DNA from: Pecten maximus | Taxonomy: Eukaryota | Direction: 5' to 3' | Length of the DNA: 64,000 nucleotides | Assembly (NCBI RefSeq): GCF_902652985.1 | Contig: NC_047027.1 | Location: forward strand, 24,056,001 to 24,120,000 | Part shown: piece by piece, positions 1 through 12,714 of the stretch | Layout: the number at the start of each line of letters is the position of its first letter | How positions within the stretch are numbered: the stretch's first letter is position 1 | The notes under the pieces: generated by a model | The model's input: only the letters and a program-made list of their open reading frames with translations | The model's database searches: none | What the model was told of the DNA's origin: nothing | Position numbers and translations under genes: made by a program

Positions 1-1012
1 ACAAAGCGTTGCGGGAGAATGAAACCTAGCACGGATTTCGACTTAGAACAATCGCGTGAATATGACGTCATTTTGGTGCTTTGTTGATCATAGTCACGCC
101 GAGGCTTTGTATTACACATCAGTTTGAATGCAAACCAAGCACTACAATGAAATCGATTTCATATGTGCCGATTCTTTCAATTGAACAAACAGGCGATAGC
201 TGAACTTAAAGCAAAAAATAGCAAAGAGAAAGTGAAGTTTAACGTATTTTAATGTTAATATAACAATTAAACGCTTAATAAGCATTTAATTGTTAAATGT
301 CACGTATTATAGGTAAAGCTACTTTAATTTGTTTGTTGTAATATGATATTACAAATATTATGCATACACTTGCAGCCTCGTTCTGGTGTTAAGTCCAGTA
401 AGGGATGTATTTTTTCTCGGATCGTAACCATTGCTGAAATAGACAGGATAATTTAAGAGAAAAAGGGACAAAATGATTTGTTATGATAATTACTTGATTT
501 ATATTTCATTTGGTGATAATAAGACTGCATTTGAAAACATGAATATGATTTTATTGATGTGTCATTTGAAAAGATGCATGTAATTGTACATCCACTTATT
601 CAGCTTGCATACCGCTACATTGACCAATCACACACTTCATCTTGGCCAGTAAAACAACCTGTCGCGTCATTTCGGTGTCAAACGATTATTATACGGCTAT
701 GCCGAAAAAAGGAGAAATATCAAATATCTTAATGAGGGAAGGACAATGAGCAGAAATACGCGGGAACCCATCTTTAAACAATAATAAAGCATAAGGCATA
801 TGTCTTGTCGACACACTTTACGGCAATGCAGTAAATCAGGAAAGTACGTTGAAATATTATATATAAATGTTATAAGCATATCGTAGTCATCTTAATGTCT
901 GGTCCGTTCCTGCCCCCGATCTGGTCTTTACCACTCTACTTGGCTGATTCCGACAAGATCAAGGTTGGATACGTGCTTACATCTGACTGAATTAGCTGAT
1001 AGTGTGATGATA

Positions 1013-1446
1013 TTGACTGAGACCACAATTAAGTACTTCCGGGTTCAGGCCCCACGAATGAAGTCCCCTCAAAAATGTATGTATTTCAGGAAAACAAATC
1101 AAATGCCTCTTTGAACTTGATTTTTGTTGATGAATTTATAAAATAATATAAAATAATGTAAAATAATAATATTGCTCATGTATTATGTGCTCCTGGATCC
1201 TGTGTGAGGAGTCCTGATTTGACGTCTACCCCTGACCCGGATGTATATAATCCACGTTGGTGACACATTTTGACAGCTATCTCCAGAAAATGCCCAACAT
1301 GCTGTGCTGAAACTTTTATATTTTGCTTCTCAGATGTTGGTCATCGCCAGGTGAGATGGAAAGTTGCATATGAGATTTGCGGAATTTATTTTGAATTTTA
1401 ATGTTACATTGAAACATATAGCGAAGCTAATTGTGGTCTTAGTCCA
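1013..1446. mobile_element. MITE (~430 bp) with ~19-bp TIRs, TA-flanked
   Basis: 5' TTGACTGAGACCACAATTA versus reverse complement of 3' end TGGACTAAGACCACAATTA (2 mismatches); TA on both sides; absent from the paralogous segment at ~13850-14125. Confidence 0.7.
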
Positions 1447-1672
1447 TATACTGTCGTGCTGTCATGAGGGGTGATAACTCTTGTATGTACCTGCTTATCC
1501 AGTACAAAACGTATTAGACATTTGCTAAATTTCTTGGAAGGAGAAAAACTTACTAGGATTAAAATGAGGAGAAAAAAAAAGATGGTTTTGTTTTTTTACT
1601 TACTTATTTAGCGTTAATTTCTATTATTATTATTTTTTTCTGATTCAGGCTCCTCAGGGTTCATTTACATTA

Positions 1673-2260
1673 TACAGTTGTTTCATGCCTCATCAGTCAA
1701 CAGTCAAAACTGTTTTCACGAGGTGTTGGTACTGACCAGGTGAACTGTTTCCCAGAGGCCGAAGGCCGAGGGAAACAGTTCACCGGGTCGGTACCAACAC
1801 CGAGTGGAAACTCTTATGACTGTTTACTGATGAAACATGAAACAACTGTTTTGTTATCTGACCATTGAAGTGAATAACTACAGTTCAACAACAACAACAA
1901 AAAGTCTGAAATTCAAAATTTAATAACTCACAGAACCCTTGATGATATTCCTGGTATTAGCTGAGTCTCTATTCTCTATGAGATTTAAAAGCTCGTCATC
2001 GTTTATGTCTTCAAACATAGAAGTAATGTTAACAGTCGACCGATGTTTACAAACCTGTCGACGACAAGTAGTGTAGTCACTGTCATCTGTACGCTTGTAA
2101 TTAGGCGCATTCGATTGGGCAGCGCGTGATCGGGAAACAGTTCATGGGTAGCATTCACGGTAAATCATGTGACCGGGCAACAGTTTATGGGTATCATGTT
2201 TTATATGAAAACAGTCAAATTTGGTTAATATCCATTTATATAGTGAGTCAGATAACAATA
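1673..2260. mobile_element. Hairpin-ended non-autonomous element (about 175-bp palindrome 1673-1850 centred on GAGGCCGAAGGCCGAG, then a body bounded by TTGTTATCTGAC...GTCAGATAACAA)
   Basis: Long imperfect inverted repeat read directly (ACAGTTGTTTCATG...CATGAAACAACTGT); 12-bp inverted pair at 1851 and ~2247. Confidence 0.65.
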
Positions 2261-2594
2261 CCGTCTATCTGACTCTTATGATGGTAGTTCTGGCCGTAAA
2301 GTCATCGTACACTGTATCTTGTCCTTCCATGAAACTGTCGAAACTATTTTTGAATATTCATAGATTCGACAGAAACTCTTTTCTCGTGAGGACTGTTCTT
2401 TGAACTCACTGGAAGTACTGCAAAGCAGTTTTCGATAATTCTGTTCTAGTTCTCAGAGGTATATATATATATATATCTGATTTTATAAATGTCCTTCAAG
2501 AATGCATGTTCGTGTCGATGTAAACATTATTTCGTTTCTTTTGATAGAGTATATGACAACATTTTTGTAACGACAAACAGAAACAGGATATGGA

Positions 2595-2598
<4 letters not shown>

Positions 2599-2640
<42 letters not shown>
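2599..2640. repeat. (GA)n microsatellite
   Basis: About 21 perfect AG/GA units. Confidence 0.95.
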
Positions 2641-2641
<1 letters not shown>

Positions 2642-2839
2642 AAAAAAAAAAACATGTGATCATATATAAACCTTAATATTTTCTACTAGAAGGAGAGGGT
2701 GTGCAGAGAGGAGGTGAAAGTGTAGTGGGCTTACCAGCTTAATTATTAACTACATCAAATCTTTCATGACTATAATTTTTCTCCATTTAGAGAAGAAAGA
2801 ATACAAGGTACCAAATGATTCGTTAACTGAGGTAGTAAC

Positions 2840-5120
2840 TTCAAAGCGTTTAGTATCAATCATAAACTTTTGTAAACAATTCTTTATTTTCTTCGAAAGA
2901 GAGGTTTTCATCTCCAAATAGTAACAACCTTTCTGTTAAGTGATACTAACTGAATGGCGTGCGGAGATTAACGTATAGTGGGCATCGCAAAAGCTAGTGG
3001 AAATTTGTTTCATTCGAACAGAGATGACTATCAACTAAGCCTTTTGAGTAAAGGTGGCTATTTAGGGAGCTACTTTCCATTCTTAGTCACGCATGGAGGT
3101 TATGACCTTGTCTGCTTCAAGAGGAGAAATATAATGGTACTTAGGTGGAAGGTTCAAGAAAGTGTTTCTTAAGTTTTCGCAATGACGGATTCGTTTTTAC
3201 ATCAGACGGAAGAGAGTTCCAACATTTTAAAACTGATGGAATTAAAGAATTTTGAAACAAAGAAGTTTGACAAAGAAGAGGACGAAAATTTTCTACGTCT
3301 CTAGTAGCATGAGTATGTACATCGGAATTTCTATTTGGCAGGATATCTTATAAGAAAGGGAGAAGCATACCATGGACCATTTAATGAAACTGTATAGGTT
3401 TATGCGTCTGACGTCTTTTTTCAAGAGTTTCCCATCCATTTTCGTTGCACAGCATATATCTACTCGTAAGCTTTGTCCCTCCCGTTACAATTCTAGCGAC
3501 CTCTAGATTTAAACTTTCTAAAATATTTGTCTGGGCTACTGTAAGATTATCCCAAATGCTGTCGGCGTATTCTAAAACTGGAAGAATGAAGGAAAAATAC
3601 AGAGTTTGATGTGATTGCTGGTCAAGAGAAAATTTAAAACATTTCCTTAGGAGATTAAGCTTGGAGGATGCTTTGTCAATTACATAATGAACATGGTCTT
3701 TCCATGAGCCGTTGTCAGATATGTACACACCGAGATGTTTGTGGAGACTAACTTCATTAATAGGAATGTTGTCCATGTGGAGCGGAGGATGAGCTTCACG
3801 TATGCCTTTTCTACTGACTGTTATACTTTTGTGTTTTATTTTGAGGATTAAAATCAACTAGCCATCTTTTTGACCAAGAATAAATTTTAACGAGGTCTTT
3901 ATTAATAATATCTGCACTTGTTGCTGGAGTGTCACAAATCTGATGTGTCAACAAATGTGTAAAGTGAAGTATCATCAGCGAATAGTTTAATAATAGCCTC
4001 TATATAATTTACTATATCGTTAATATAAATCAAGAACATCAAAGGGCCTAAATTTGATCCTTGTGGTACACCAGCTGATAGTTCTCTGGGTACGGTGTGA
4101 TAAGTAATGTTTAAAACATTTCAATACATTTCCACTAATGCCAAAACTAGATAATTTTAAAACTAAACCACGGTGCCAAACTCTATCGAAGGCCTTGCTG
4201 ATATCGCAGAAGACCATACGAATATCTTTGCCTATATCTAACGCTGATGTAATATCATGAATGATAGAGAGAGGTTGGTTTTGTGGCGAGTCTCCAGTAC
4301 TGAAGCCAGACTGATGTAGTGATATAAAAGAATTTTCAAAAGAAAGTTGTATACGTGTTTGAAGACACATCTTTCCATAATTTTAACAATGATAGAAAGT
4401 AGGGATATAGGTCTGTAATTCGATGGAGATGATTTATCACCTTTCTTAAAAACAGGTGTTACAAAATAGAAGAAGTTATTTGTACATGTAGTTATATAGA
4501 AGGATTTATTGAATATTTTACTCAATGGGGAACTTATAATATTCACTGCCTCTTTTAATAACCGTGCATTAATAAGGTCATGTCCAACAGCTTTGGAACA
4601 GTTAAGAGTTTTTATGATGTCACTGACGTCTCTAGGAGAAATGTTTATGTCATCTAGACGCTTGTCATTTACGAAAGGTATGTGTGGAAGCTGAATGTTA
4701 GAGTCGTCAACGTTAGTCTGGGAACAAAAATGGTCGTTAAAAATATTAAATTGTCAGTGTCATCGTCAAATATTAAATTATTGTGAGAGATAAGAGGATC
4801 GGGCATTTTCCAGAATTTGGTAAAAAGGCTTTTATAGATCTCCACCATTGTGTGGAGTCTGCAAAGTCGGAAACATGAAGTTGTTCACATAACTTCTCAA
4901 AGTATTTCCGCTTGGATTGGTGTATGGTGTTTATGCAAGTGTTTCTAATATGTCTAAATTTTGTTCAGTAATTTGCTCTATTTGTCATTTTTACCTTATT
5001 GTGTACCCGTCGTCTTTTACGTATCAATGTTCTTATTTCGTTAGTCATCCATGGTGGATCACTCGATCTGACAGTGATAAATTTGTATGTCGTCAGTACT
5101 CGTTAAAGTGTCGAAATCAA
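2840..5120 (-). mobile_element. Decayed, 5'-truncated CR1/L2-group LINE (ORF2 reverse transcriptase, frameshifted)
   Basis: RT motifs spread across frames: VTPVFKKGDKSSPSNYRPISLLS, QSGF..DS.QNQ, VFCDISKAFDRVWHRGL, GVPQGS, KLFADDT, HKHLGV, LYFSFILPVLEYADSIW; boundaries approximate. Confidence 0.9.
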
Positions 5121-5411
5121 TAATGAAAAGTCTTTGTCTGTAAAGATCGTAATTGCCGTTCGTGTTAAACATGGGCGTTTTGGTATTGCCTAAAAAGATA
5201 CCCCATGATATTCCAGTTTTCAAACGATTGTACTTTTTGATAATTTCTTGCAGTATCGAGGTTTCATGTTCAAAGGGAGGTAACCTCTACAACACATCCG
5301 AGCTTCCGTGTGTGCTTTAGTCGGACCGGTCTTCGCTGTCAAGTCTTTCTTAAATGTTTAAAATATATTAACCGAAATTAATTTGCTATAATAGTTTTAT
5401 TATAAAATAAT

Positions 5412-5713
5412 AAATTTTTCCTTGTTTTCATGGTAAATACTCAAATGTGATTGGTTGAAAAATACTTTTCATTCTTCTATGAAAGAAATTCCGAGAATGG
5501 CGCGAAAAATGTGACGTCACAATACGACAATTGACGTTGCGTATTGATTTGAGAAAAGAATCCCATTTAAAACCAGTAAAATTGTAAAACATGTCTTAAA
5601 TTAGAAAATCATTTTCAAAAATTAATTTTAAGCGTTGATGTCAATTATTTTTTAGTTTCATCGGTTTTGTTTCATACCCCGATGAAACTAAAAAAAATGA
5701 CATCAATGCTTAA
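5412..5713. mobile_element. Hairpin-ended repeat, copy 1 (terminal palindrome 5628-5713 TTAAGCGTTGATGTC...GACATCAATGCTTAA)
   Basis: Near-identical second copy at ~32528-32790; palindrome visible. Confidence 0.75.
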
Positions 5714-6659
5714 ATGACTGTTTTGGTGTTTAATAATCACGCACTGAATGCAAGTAGAACTTGTATATGCCATGCATTCAATACACTTAATCTATTCAGA
5801 CAGACAACCATTTTCTTTTCTTTACTTCAATGTCGGTCAAGATGACTTGTTATCGGGAATCACGTAACACTGTTTCAGCCAATGAGAAATTATGAGAAAT
5901 ATGAACTTATAATAAATGTATTTGTAAGCAATGTAGATGGTTTTATGTTTCTTTATATAACCAAGTGGACAGCAAAGATTATTTTGAGGTTGGGTTTCCT
6001 TGTAGTAGATGATGGCTACCTCACTGAACTACATAAAGGAGACCCAACGCATGTCATCCATACAGAGTAATTATGTAATAGCAATAAGATCATGATCTCT
6101 TCAGCACCCACGGCTCAATTTCTCAGCTTTCCGAGAAACACACATCACTATGGATGGGGAGAATCGAGTCCCCTTTACACTTCTAGAATATTAATGCGGT
6201 ATGCATAATTTGTAGCTTTTGTAGATCCTGTGATCAGAATGTATATCCAAACACATAAAACTATTAGTTGACATGCTCTGAAAGATTTTTATTTCAATAT
6301 TCTACATCATTATAAATTAAATATAATAGCATCCAGTTCAGTTGCCATACTCATGCTGGGCCAACTGTAACAGAGAAAGAAATGTTTGTCTTTTAATTAC
6401 AGTATTTTGTACATTCGTTGGTGACTGATCACGTGATAAAATAGTATACATCTTAAATATCCTATATTACACCACGATGCTTATGCTGATCTATTATTGA
6501 ATCAAAATGGAAATATTATGATGATAAAATCACAAAACTGATTAAGGTCTTCGCCATCTCCGATGAGTTTGTAAAGAATGAAAATCAGAACTGCTTAAAG
6601 GGAGCAATTGAGGACGAGATCTTCAAACAGACTATTTTTGCAGAACATTGAATATTTAC

Positions 6660-9600
6660 CTATGGTAAGCACGGATTAGGGCTGACATCGGAATCCCATT
6701 CACATCGTTTGGTGCTGTCATCCCAGGTAAGGTCGCCCGGGCAGTCAAATATATATTCAATTTCTGTGTGGCATTTTATAAACTTCTTGCAATCTTGAGC
6801 GTAAGCGTAGTCCCCGTTGGGCTGACCAGTGCAAGAAACTTGAAATAAACATTCATGTCATTGTTATAACGAGGAATCTTGACAAGGGTTGTTCTTCTTA
6901 ATTTCTTTATTCATGTTCTTCTTATACAAGTTCTGACTTCGTCTCCTGATGTTCCGTGCTGATCTCCCTCATTCAAGACTTTCCTGTCACTCTTATCTCA
7001 AACACTTGTACTTCCTCGAAGACACCCTTCCAAACCTTACTCTCAGAAAGCTTTCATCCTTTTCATGTTAAACTCACACGGGACTCATTCCTATCTTACT
7101 AATGAACTATAATGTCACACATATCCTTACACACATCATAATAACCAGCTTTCTGTACTCTATTACCTTAAACTTCTAAAATAATAATAACCTTTACAAT
7201 ATTAAAGTTAGCAAACTTTAAGTATCAAAAACATGTCATATGTATGTTATAAAAGCCACTTAAATGATTGCTATTCATTTATCCTCTATCATATTTTAAA
7301 TCTAATTGTATCATATAAACTACACTAAAATATCCTAACTAAGGATACATCATACATCATTCTAAACTTACTATAACTAATTTAATGAAGCATTTAATAT
7401 TGTATAAAAACACATCTGTTCTCTGTCTGGTCACTTTCCCTCTCACAGACACTGACCTCACACTGACCACTACACATCTCCTTATCTCTGACCTCGCATG
7501 CATCACTTGCTCTCTACATCACTTGCTCTCTATCCCTGCCCTATTGGCTAACTAATTAATGAAATGTTCAAATGCTCTACTACATCATTATAAATCTTAA
7601 TTTCAAAGCAATGAAAAATAAACGATTGTTTCATTCTCCTAATATAACTTTCTGAGGATCATGAGACATTAAAATCATTGCATTCAAAGTCTGATTTGTA
7701 ATGAAATTGCTTTCGTGACCGAGTGACTCGAGTTTTAATACATAATGCAATATTCATGTATTGCCATGAAAGAATGTAAAACAATTGTGTATGCAAACTT
7801 AAATTTACAATGGTGTTCAAAGGCAAATCGCGCGTCCTTACTTCGTTGTCTTTCAGGCATCTCAATAAAATAAGGGATATTTAGATACATGTACAATGTA
7901 TATGCTACTGGAGAGGTAATTACTATAATTTACGAAATGATAGTTAAAAAGTTAAGAAACTATTAAGGAACAAAAATTTGAATATCAATTTCACGCAAAC
8001 AAAATTGAAAGATGACAAAACAATGACCAAATAGATAATTTTCTTTCTTAAAAAAAAACCCCATTCGTGTCATTAAAGCATGTCTTCAGTTTTTTGTGTA
8101 TCACTGAAAGATGATTTCCCCGCGTTTTTGCGCTCAATATTTTCCCATTTTTTGTGGTGGTGGTAGGGGGGGGGGGGGGGGGTCTGGATTGTCTAAGTTA
8201 TGAGCTTCACGTTAACACCAAAGCGACAGTTTCCAGTCGTGTTAATTGCCCCTTCGCATTTCTTTATTAGCTCTACTGCTAGTCACTTACCATGTTTGGT
8301 ATTAAAGCAATGCTCATAACTAAGGCATTCAAAGAAAAACAGAAATGGTTCAAATATTTTCACGGAATAAAGATTGGGCATACGCTGGAACCCATCTTAG
8401 AAATAAATAAACCAATGATGAGGTGCCTTTGTAAAATAAAAACAAAACGAAATTATTTCTATGCACATTCATCTTTCATAACTATTAACACATTATGTAA
8501 TCATTAGATCATAGATATGTTGAATAAAAAAAACATGCATTCACATAACAATGAAATATTTAAAATCACCTTGCCCATAAGTCATGAGATCGCATACACG
8601 AAAAATCATGTATATCTGATACACGTCATGACCCACAAATGTGATATGGAAATGTAGAAAGAGTTTACTCCATCAATAACAGGATTGTAATCCCAACAAA
8701 TTCGGAAGAGACAAAGAGAAAACAAACTTGAGAAATAAAAGAACTGTTGAATTACTCACACTGGGGATCGCAGCCATTACAAACTAAAACAGACAAATGA
8801 AGAATCTCTAAGTAAAAATTGATATCTCGTGTTATTTTGGTAATTCCTATATGCATATCGTCTAATATTGTTCAAAGGAAAAACAAAGATGGACTGACAA
8901 AGCTAAGAAAGCCAAGTATGTGATTATATTACTGATTTCATGTTACCAGACAACCGTTAAAAGACCATTCGATCGATATTAAGTATACGATACCTGTGTC
9001 ATGAATGCATGTTAACCACTAATCGTATGTCTTGAAACATTTGAAGAAAAAAAACCAGATGGGAAATGACAGGAAATTCAAAATTAGTCATCATTCCTAC
9101 ACCGGAAAATAAGATCATCTTGAAAATACAATTCAACAAAATTACAAAGTTGATATCAAGCATGCATATCATGTTCAAGGTATATATCCATATTCACCAT
9201 TTAAAGACAGATTAAGGGAAGATAATTGTTCACACTTTTATTCGACTCAATTCCACCAGTGTATAGTAAGAACTCGACTTAGAGTCGTGATGTTAACTAG
9301 CTTTGAACATATAATCATATAAGAGAACACTATTAGGTAGATTTTTGCACCCCGCCCTTTCCACCAGATCAGCTCATGAAACAATCTTTTAAATAAACCA
9401 GATTCAATGTACAATCACGATCTCTTTTATAAACAAATAACATAAGCGGCAGCGTGTGTAGTTTTCCAATGTATAAAGAATATGTGATACTACAGTACAT
9501 TGTTTTCAGTATTAGTTTATAGCTGTTAAATTTATCATTTATAACTAGTGTCATTCAAAACGTATTGGAACATGGAATCAAACTTTTGATGCATAGATAG

Positions 9601-10793
9601 ATATTACAGTGTGAATACATACCCGGAGAGATAAATATTTAGCTGTGCATAGTACAATATTTATATTTTCTTACAGTCAAACTTGTTATCGTGAACTCTT
9701 ATTGCTCGAAGGAACTGTTTAAAACGAACAAAATTCCGTTCCGGGGTAAAATCATTTGAAAAATATGCAAATTAAATTCTCGCGATATCTCCAGGTTTTT
9801 ATCAAAATTCTCACTGACTTCGGGATAAGGAGGTTAGACTGTGTAAGAAAGGAATATTTCAAAACGTAAAAATATCTAATTAACATTTTATTTTGGCAAT
9901 ACCCAAATTATAATGTATTTCAAACTTCCTGACCATTTTTGTCTCGCTACCACAAAAACAATAGTAACAGACAGCCGCTTGAAATATCTCTGAAAGCAGT
10001 TGAATTCCTATGAAAAAAAAGATCCTGTCGTCTGTGTATGACGTCATCTAAGTTACTAATTTTACCAACAAACCATTTGGATATTATAAATTGCAGACAA
10101 AATTAAATTCATGAATATGTTAATTCTAATGAAATACATTTACTTGACCATGAAATACACATAATTGCCTTTCGCATACGTCTTGAGAATATACACACGT
10201 AGAAACATATTTATCTTAAGCACGTCATAACCCACAAATAAGATATGCTGATATAATAAGGCTTTACTTAATCAACATAATGCTTGTAGACTAAAAATAA
10301 TCGGAAAAGACAAAGATACGAACAAAAATCAAAAATTAAAATATCTTATTACTCACACACTTTGGGGATGGGCTCGGATTCCGTGACATACGCTAAAACA
10401 GATTAAATAAAGCATCTCAAATAAACAATTAAAATATTTCGTTGTTTTTGTCATTCGTATATGCACATGGTCTAAAAAAACAAAAACAAACAAACAAAAA
10501 AGACGATGTGCTGACAGAGTTAAGAAAGCCAAATATTTTGTATTAAAATAATTCCATATTACCGGACAGTCGTTACAGGTATATCGTACTAAGAATACAA
10601 TATATGCATCATGACTACATTTCGATAAACCTTATAATCCACATTCATGTATGTGACGTATTGATACAGTGATGATTTGATCACTTCGAATAAAGTTTTA
10701 AACCAAAGACATATTGCTATACGGACAATGCTTGATACACTTACCATAAGCCAATACCAACACGGTGAACAGCAGTAGTGTTGAGGAATTCAT
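6660..10793 (-). CDS. Small secreted chitin-binding (CBM14/peritrophin-A) peptide, 95 aa; coding exons 10793-10745, 10392-10357, 8783-8760, 6838-6660
   Basis: All introns GT-AG and phase 1. Spliced product MNSSTLLLFTVLVLAY|AYVTESEPIPKV|FCNGCDPQ|FSCTGQPNGDYAYAQDCKKFIKCHTEIEYIFDCPGDLTWDDSTKRCEWDSDVSPNPCLP*. Last exon has C-x13-C-x5-C-x9-C-x12-C-x10-C spacing with CPGDLTWD and CEW motifs of CBM14; N-terminus is a hydrophobic signal peptide. Confidence 0.88.
6862..7584 (-). mobile_element. Putative solo LTR (723 bp) in the last intron of the CBM14 gene
   Basis: TGT...ACA termini; 4-bp TSD TCAT (6858-6861 and 7585-7588); minus-strand AATAAA at ~6906-6911; strand-biased composition differs from the flanks. 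Confidence 0.6.
8565..10615. repeat. Diverged ~450-bp duplication (8565-9010 vs 10165-10615), each copy carrying one micro-exon of the CBM14 gene
   Basis: Colinear anchors CACGTCAT(G/A)ACCCACAAAT, TCGGAA(G/A)AGACAAAGA, ATTACTCACAC, CTAAAACAGA, TAAGAAAGCCAA in both copies. Confidence 0.85.
9674..9841. mobile_element. Tc1/mariner-type MITE relic
   Basis: TA-CAGTCAAAC at the left, GTTAGACTG at the right (degenerate TIR). Confidence 0.5.
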
Positions 10794-10846
10794 TCTGACT
10801 GAGCAAGATGTTCTGTCGGAGCTGTGAAATCATTACGGTACTTCAG

Positions 10847-10855
10847 CTTATATAC
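10847..10855 (-). promoter_or_regulatory. TATA box of the CBM14 gene
   Basis: Minus-strand GTATATAAG about 55 nt upstream of the ATG at 10793. Confidence 0.55.
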
Positions 10856-11629
10856 TGAAACTTATTGATGTGAACTTGTCACCCTCCAAACGACCACGCT
10901 ATTTTTCCTATACTGTCAACAAATGTGTTTAATTGTGGCGTAACATTAATCCAATATAAGACTAATTACCTACCTATTTAAAACTTCTAATGAAAATGGT
11001 GATGAACAATACCATACACTTAAGAGTGTCAGGAGGGCAAAAGACAGCATAAGACGATGAACTCAATAAAGTCACCAGGCCGACAATGACGTTTCGTATA
11101 CACAACTCAGTAGCAGTATGGATATAATAATCTTGTTGAAAATAGGAGGATGGATAGCTTTCATATATTTGTTTTAACTTAACACCATCACAAACATTCC
11201 TGCATGATAATACTATAATGATTAACTTTTTAGCGATTTTATCTCTTTAGTAAAGTGTGGGAGCATATTTTCATAGAATAACACATGTTTTTTGAAAGAA
11301 ATAATTCACGGAGAGGAGAGTGATTTCATGGTTCAATGTTCAAAATTATTATTTTATATTTGCTTAATACTCCCTGAAACTTCATTGAGTTGATTGTTTT
11401 CCATATAAAAAAAATCAATAAGATATTGCCAAATTTGCTACATCGAAAAATCAAAGAGTGTGTATAGTTTTAGGGTATCAATGTACCTACCTCACATGAC
11501 ACAAAGTGACCATGCGATTATGCCATCGGGAATTCAATCTTTCGTCAGTTGGTCTATACTGGGCACCGATATGAATAATTTGTGTAAAAACGAATCCACA
11601 TTAGAATAATTGTCAACAATTATTACGGT

Positions 11630-11722
11630 TTGGTTTATTTTGTTTAGCGTCCTATTAACAACCAGTGTCATTTAGGACGTGCCAGGTTTTGGAGGTGGAG
11701 AAAAGCCGGAGTACCCAGGGAA
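11630..11722 (-). mobile_element. 3' fragment of the V-domain tRNA-SINE
   Basis: Matches the reverse complement of the 3' half of the SINE at 14829-15049 (CGTCCTATTAACA...GGACGTGCCAGGTTTTGGAGGTGGAG..AAAGCCGGAGTACC). Confidence 0.85.
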
Positions 11723-12714
11723 AAAAAACATTTTGTTCAGGGTCACCGAAATCAAACAAGTAGATAAACATTTGAGATTTTTTTTATCAAGTTGTATACA
11801 TACTGTGGAACTAATATTTGTCTAGATGGTGCCTAGCATGCAGTGTTATAACTCTTGCCCTTATAAATGGCATTGACCTATAACATGAAGATATATGGGG
11901 CTACCTAGTATATGTGTTGTAACCATTTTTATGTTAAATGTTAATATTTCTATACATTTTGAATTTACAACTTTATAGAGTTTTTGATATAACCCAGGTT
12001 AACACATACATGTATGTTTTATGTAAATATTGGTGGACGTCTTTTCATAAACCACGTGTCAGTCTTTACCTAAAATTGCAAAGCCTACTTTTCATATAAT
12101 CATCTTATGATTTATTTCATACTAGAGACCGCAGATATATCTTGGCACCCATCATTGAATGCTATTCCTTGAGCCAACTGATTTATCTTTTCTCAACCTT
12201 TCCCTAATTTTCCCTCTGCCTCATAATCCTTTGGTAGCAAGGGGCTCTCAACTATTGGGATTGTATAGCACAACTGTGCGATTGAACTCCAAATATGTGC
12301 GGTTTCGTAAACTCGGAGGATGAATATTGCAAAAACAACAAAAATACAGAATAAGTCGTATGCTGGTTGTATACATATATATATTACAACTGCAATCTAA
12401 TTGGTGTATTAGATAATATTAATGAAAAACTAAGCTTTAATTATCTGCATAGACCTAATTAGATATAGTTACATGCACATATTTGTATGAATCAAGGCTT
12501 TAATAACATACATATTCTACGTTATCGTCTCTGATATATTTTTCTGTACATCTGAAACCGCAGAAATGTTTTCCCACGTGTTGTAGAACAAAGATATGCG
12601 ATGGATTTGTAAGACTAATGGAAAGCAAAAGTAGTCAGTTTCTCACTTACCACAGGTAAAAAACAGATAGCATACAGGTAACATACTGTACATCGCTTCA
12701 AGAATAACTGTGTT

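Noticed and set aside
6302-6317. 16-bp match CTACATCATTATAAAT also at 7580-7595
   Set aside because: AT-rich and plausible by chance; slightly lowers confidence in the solo-LTR right boundary
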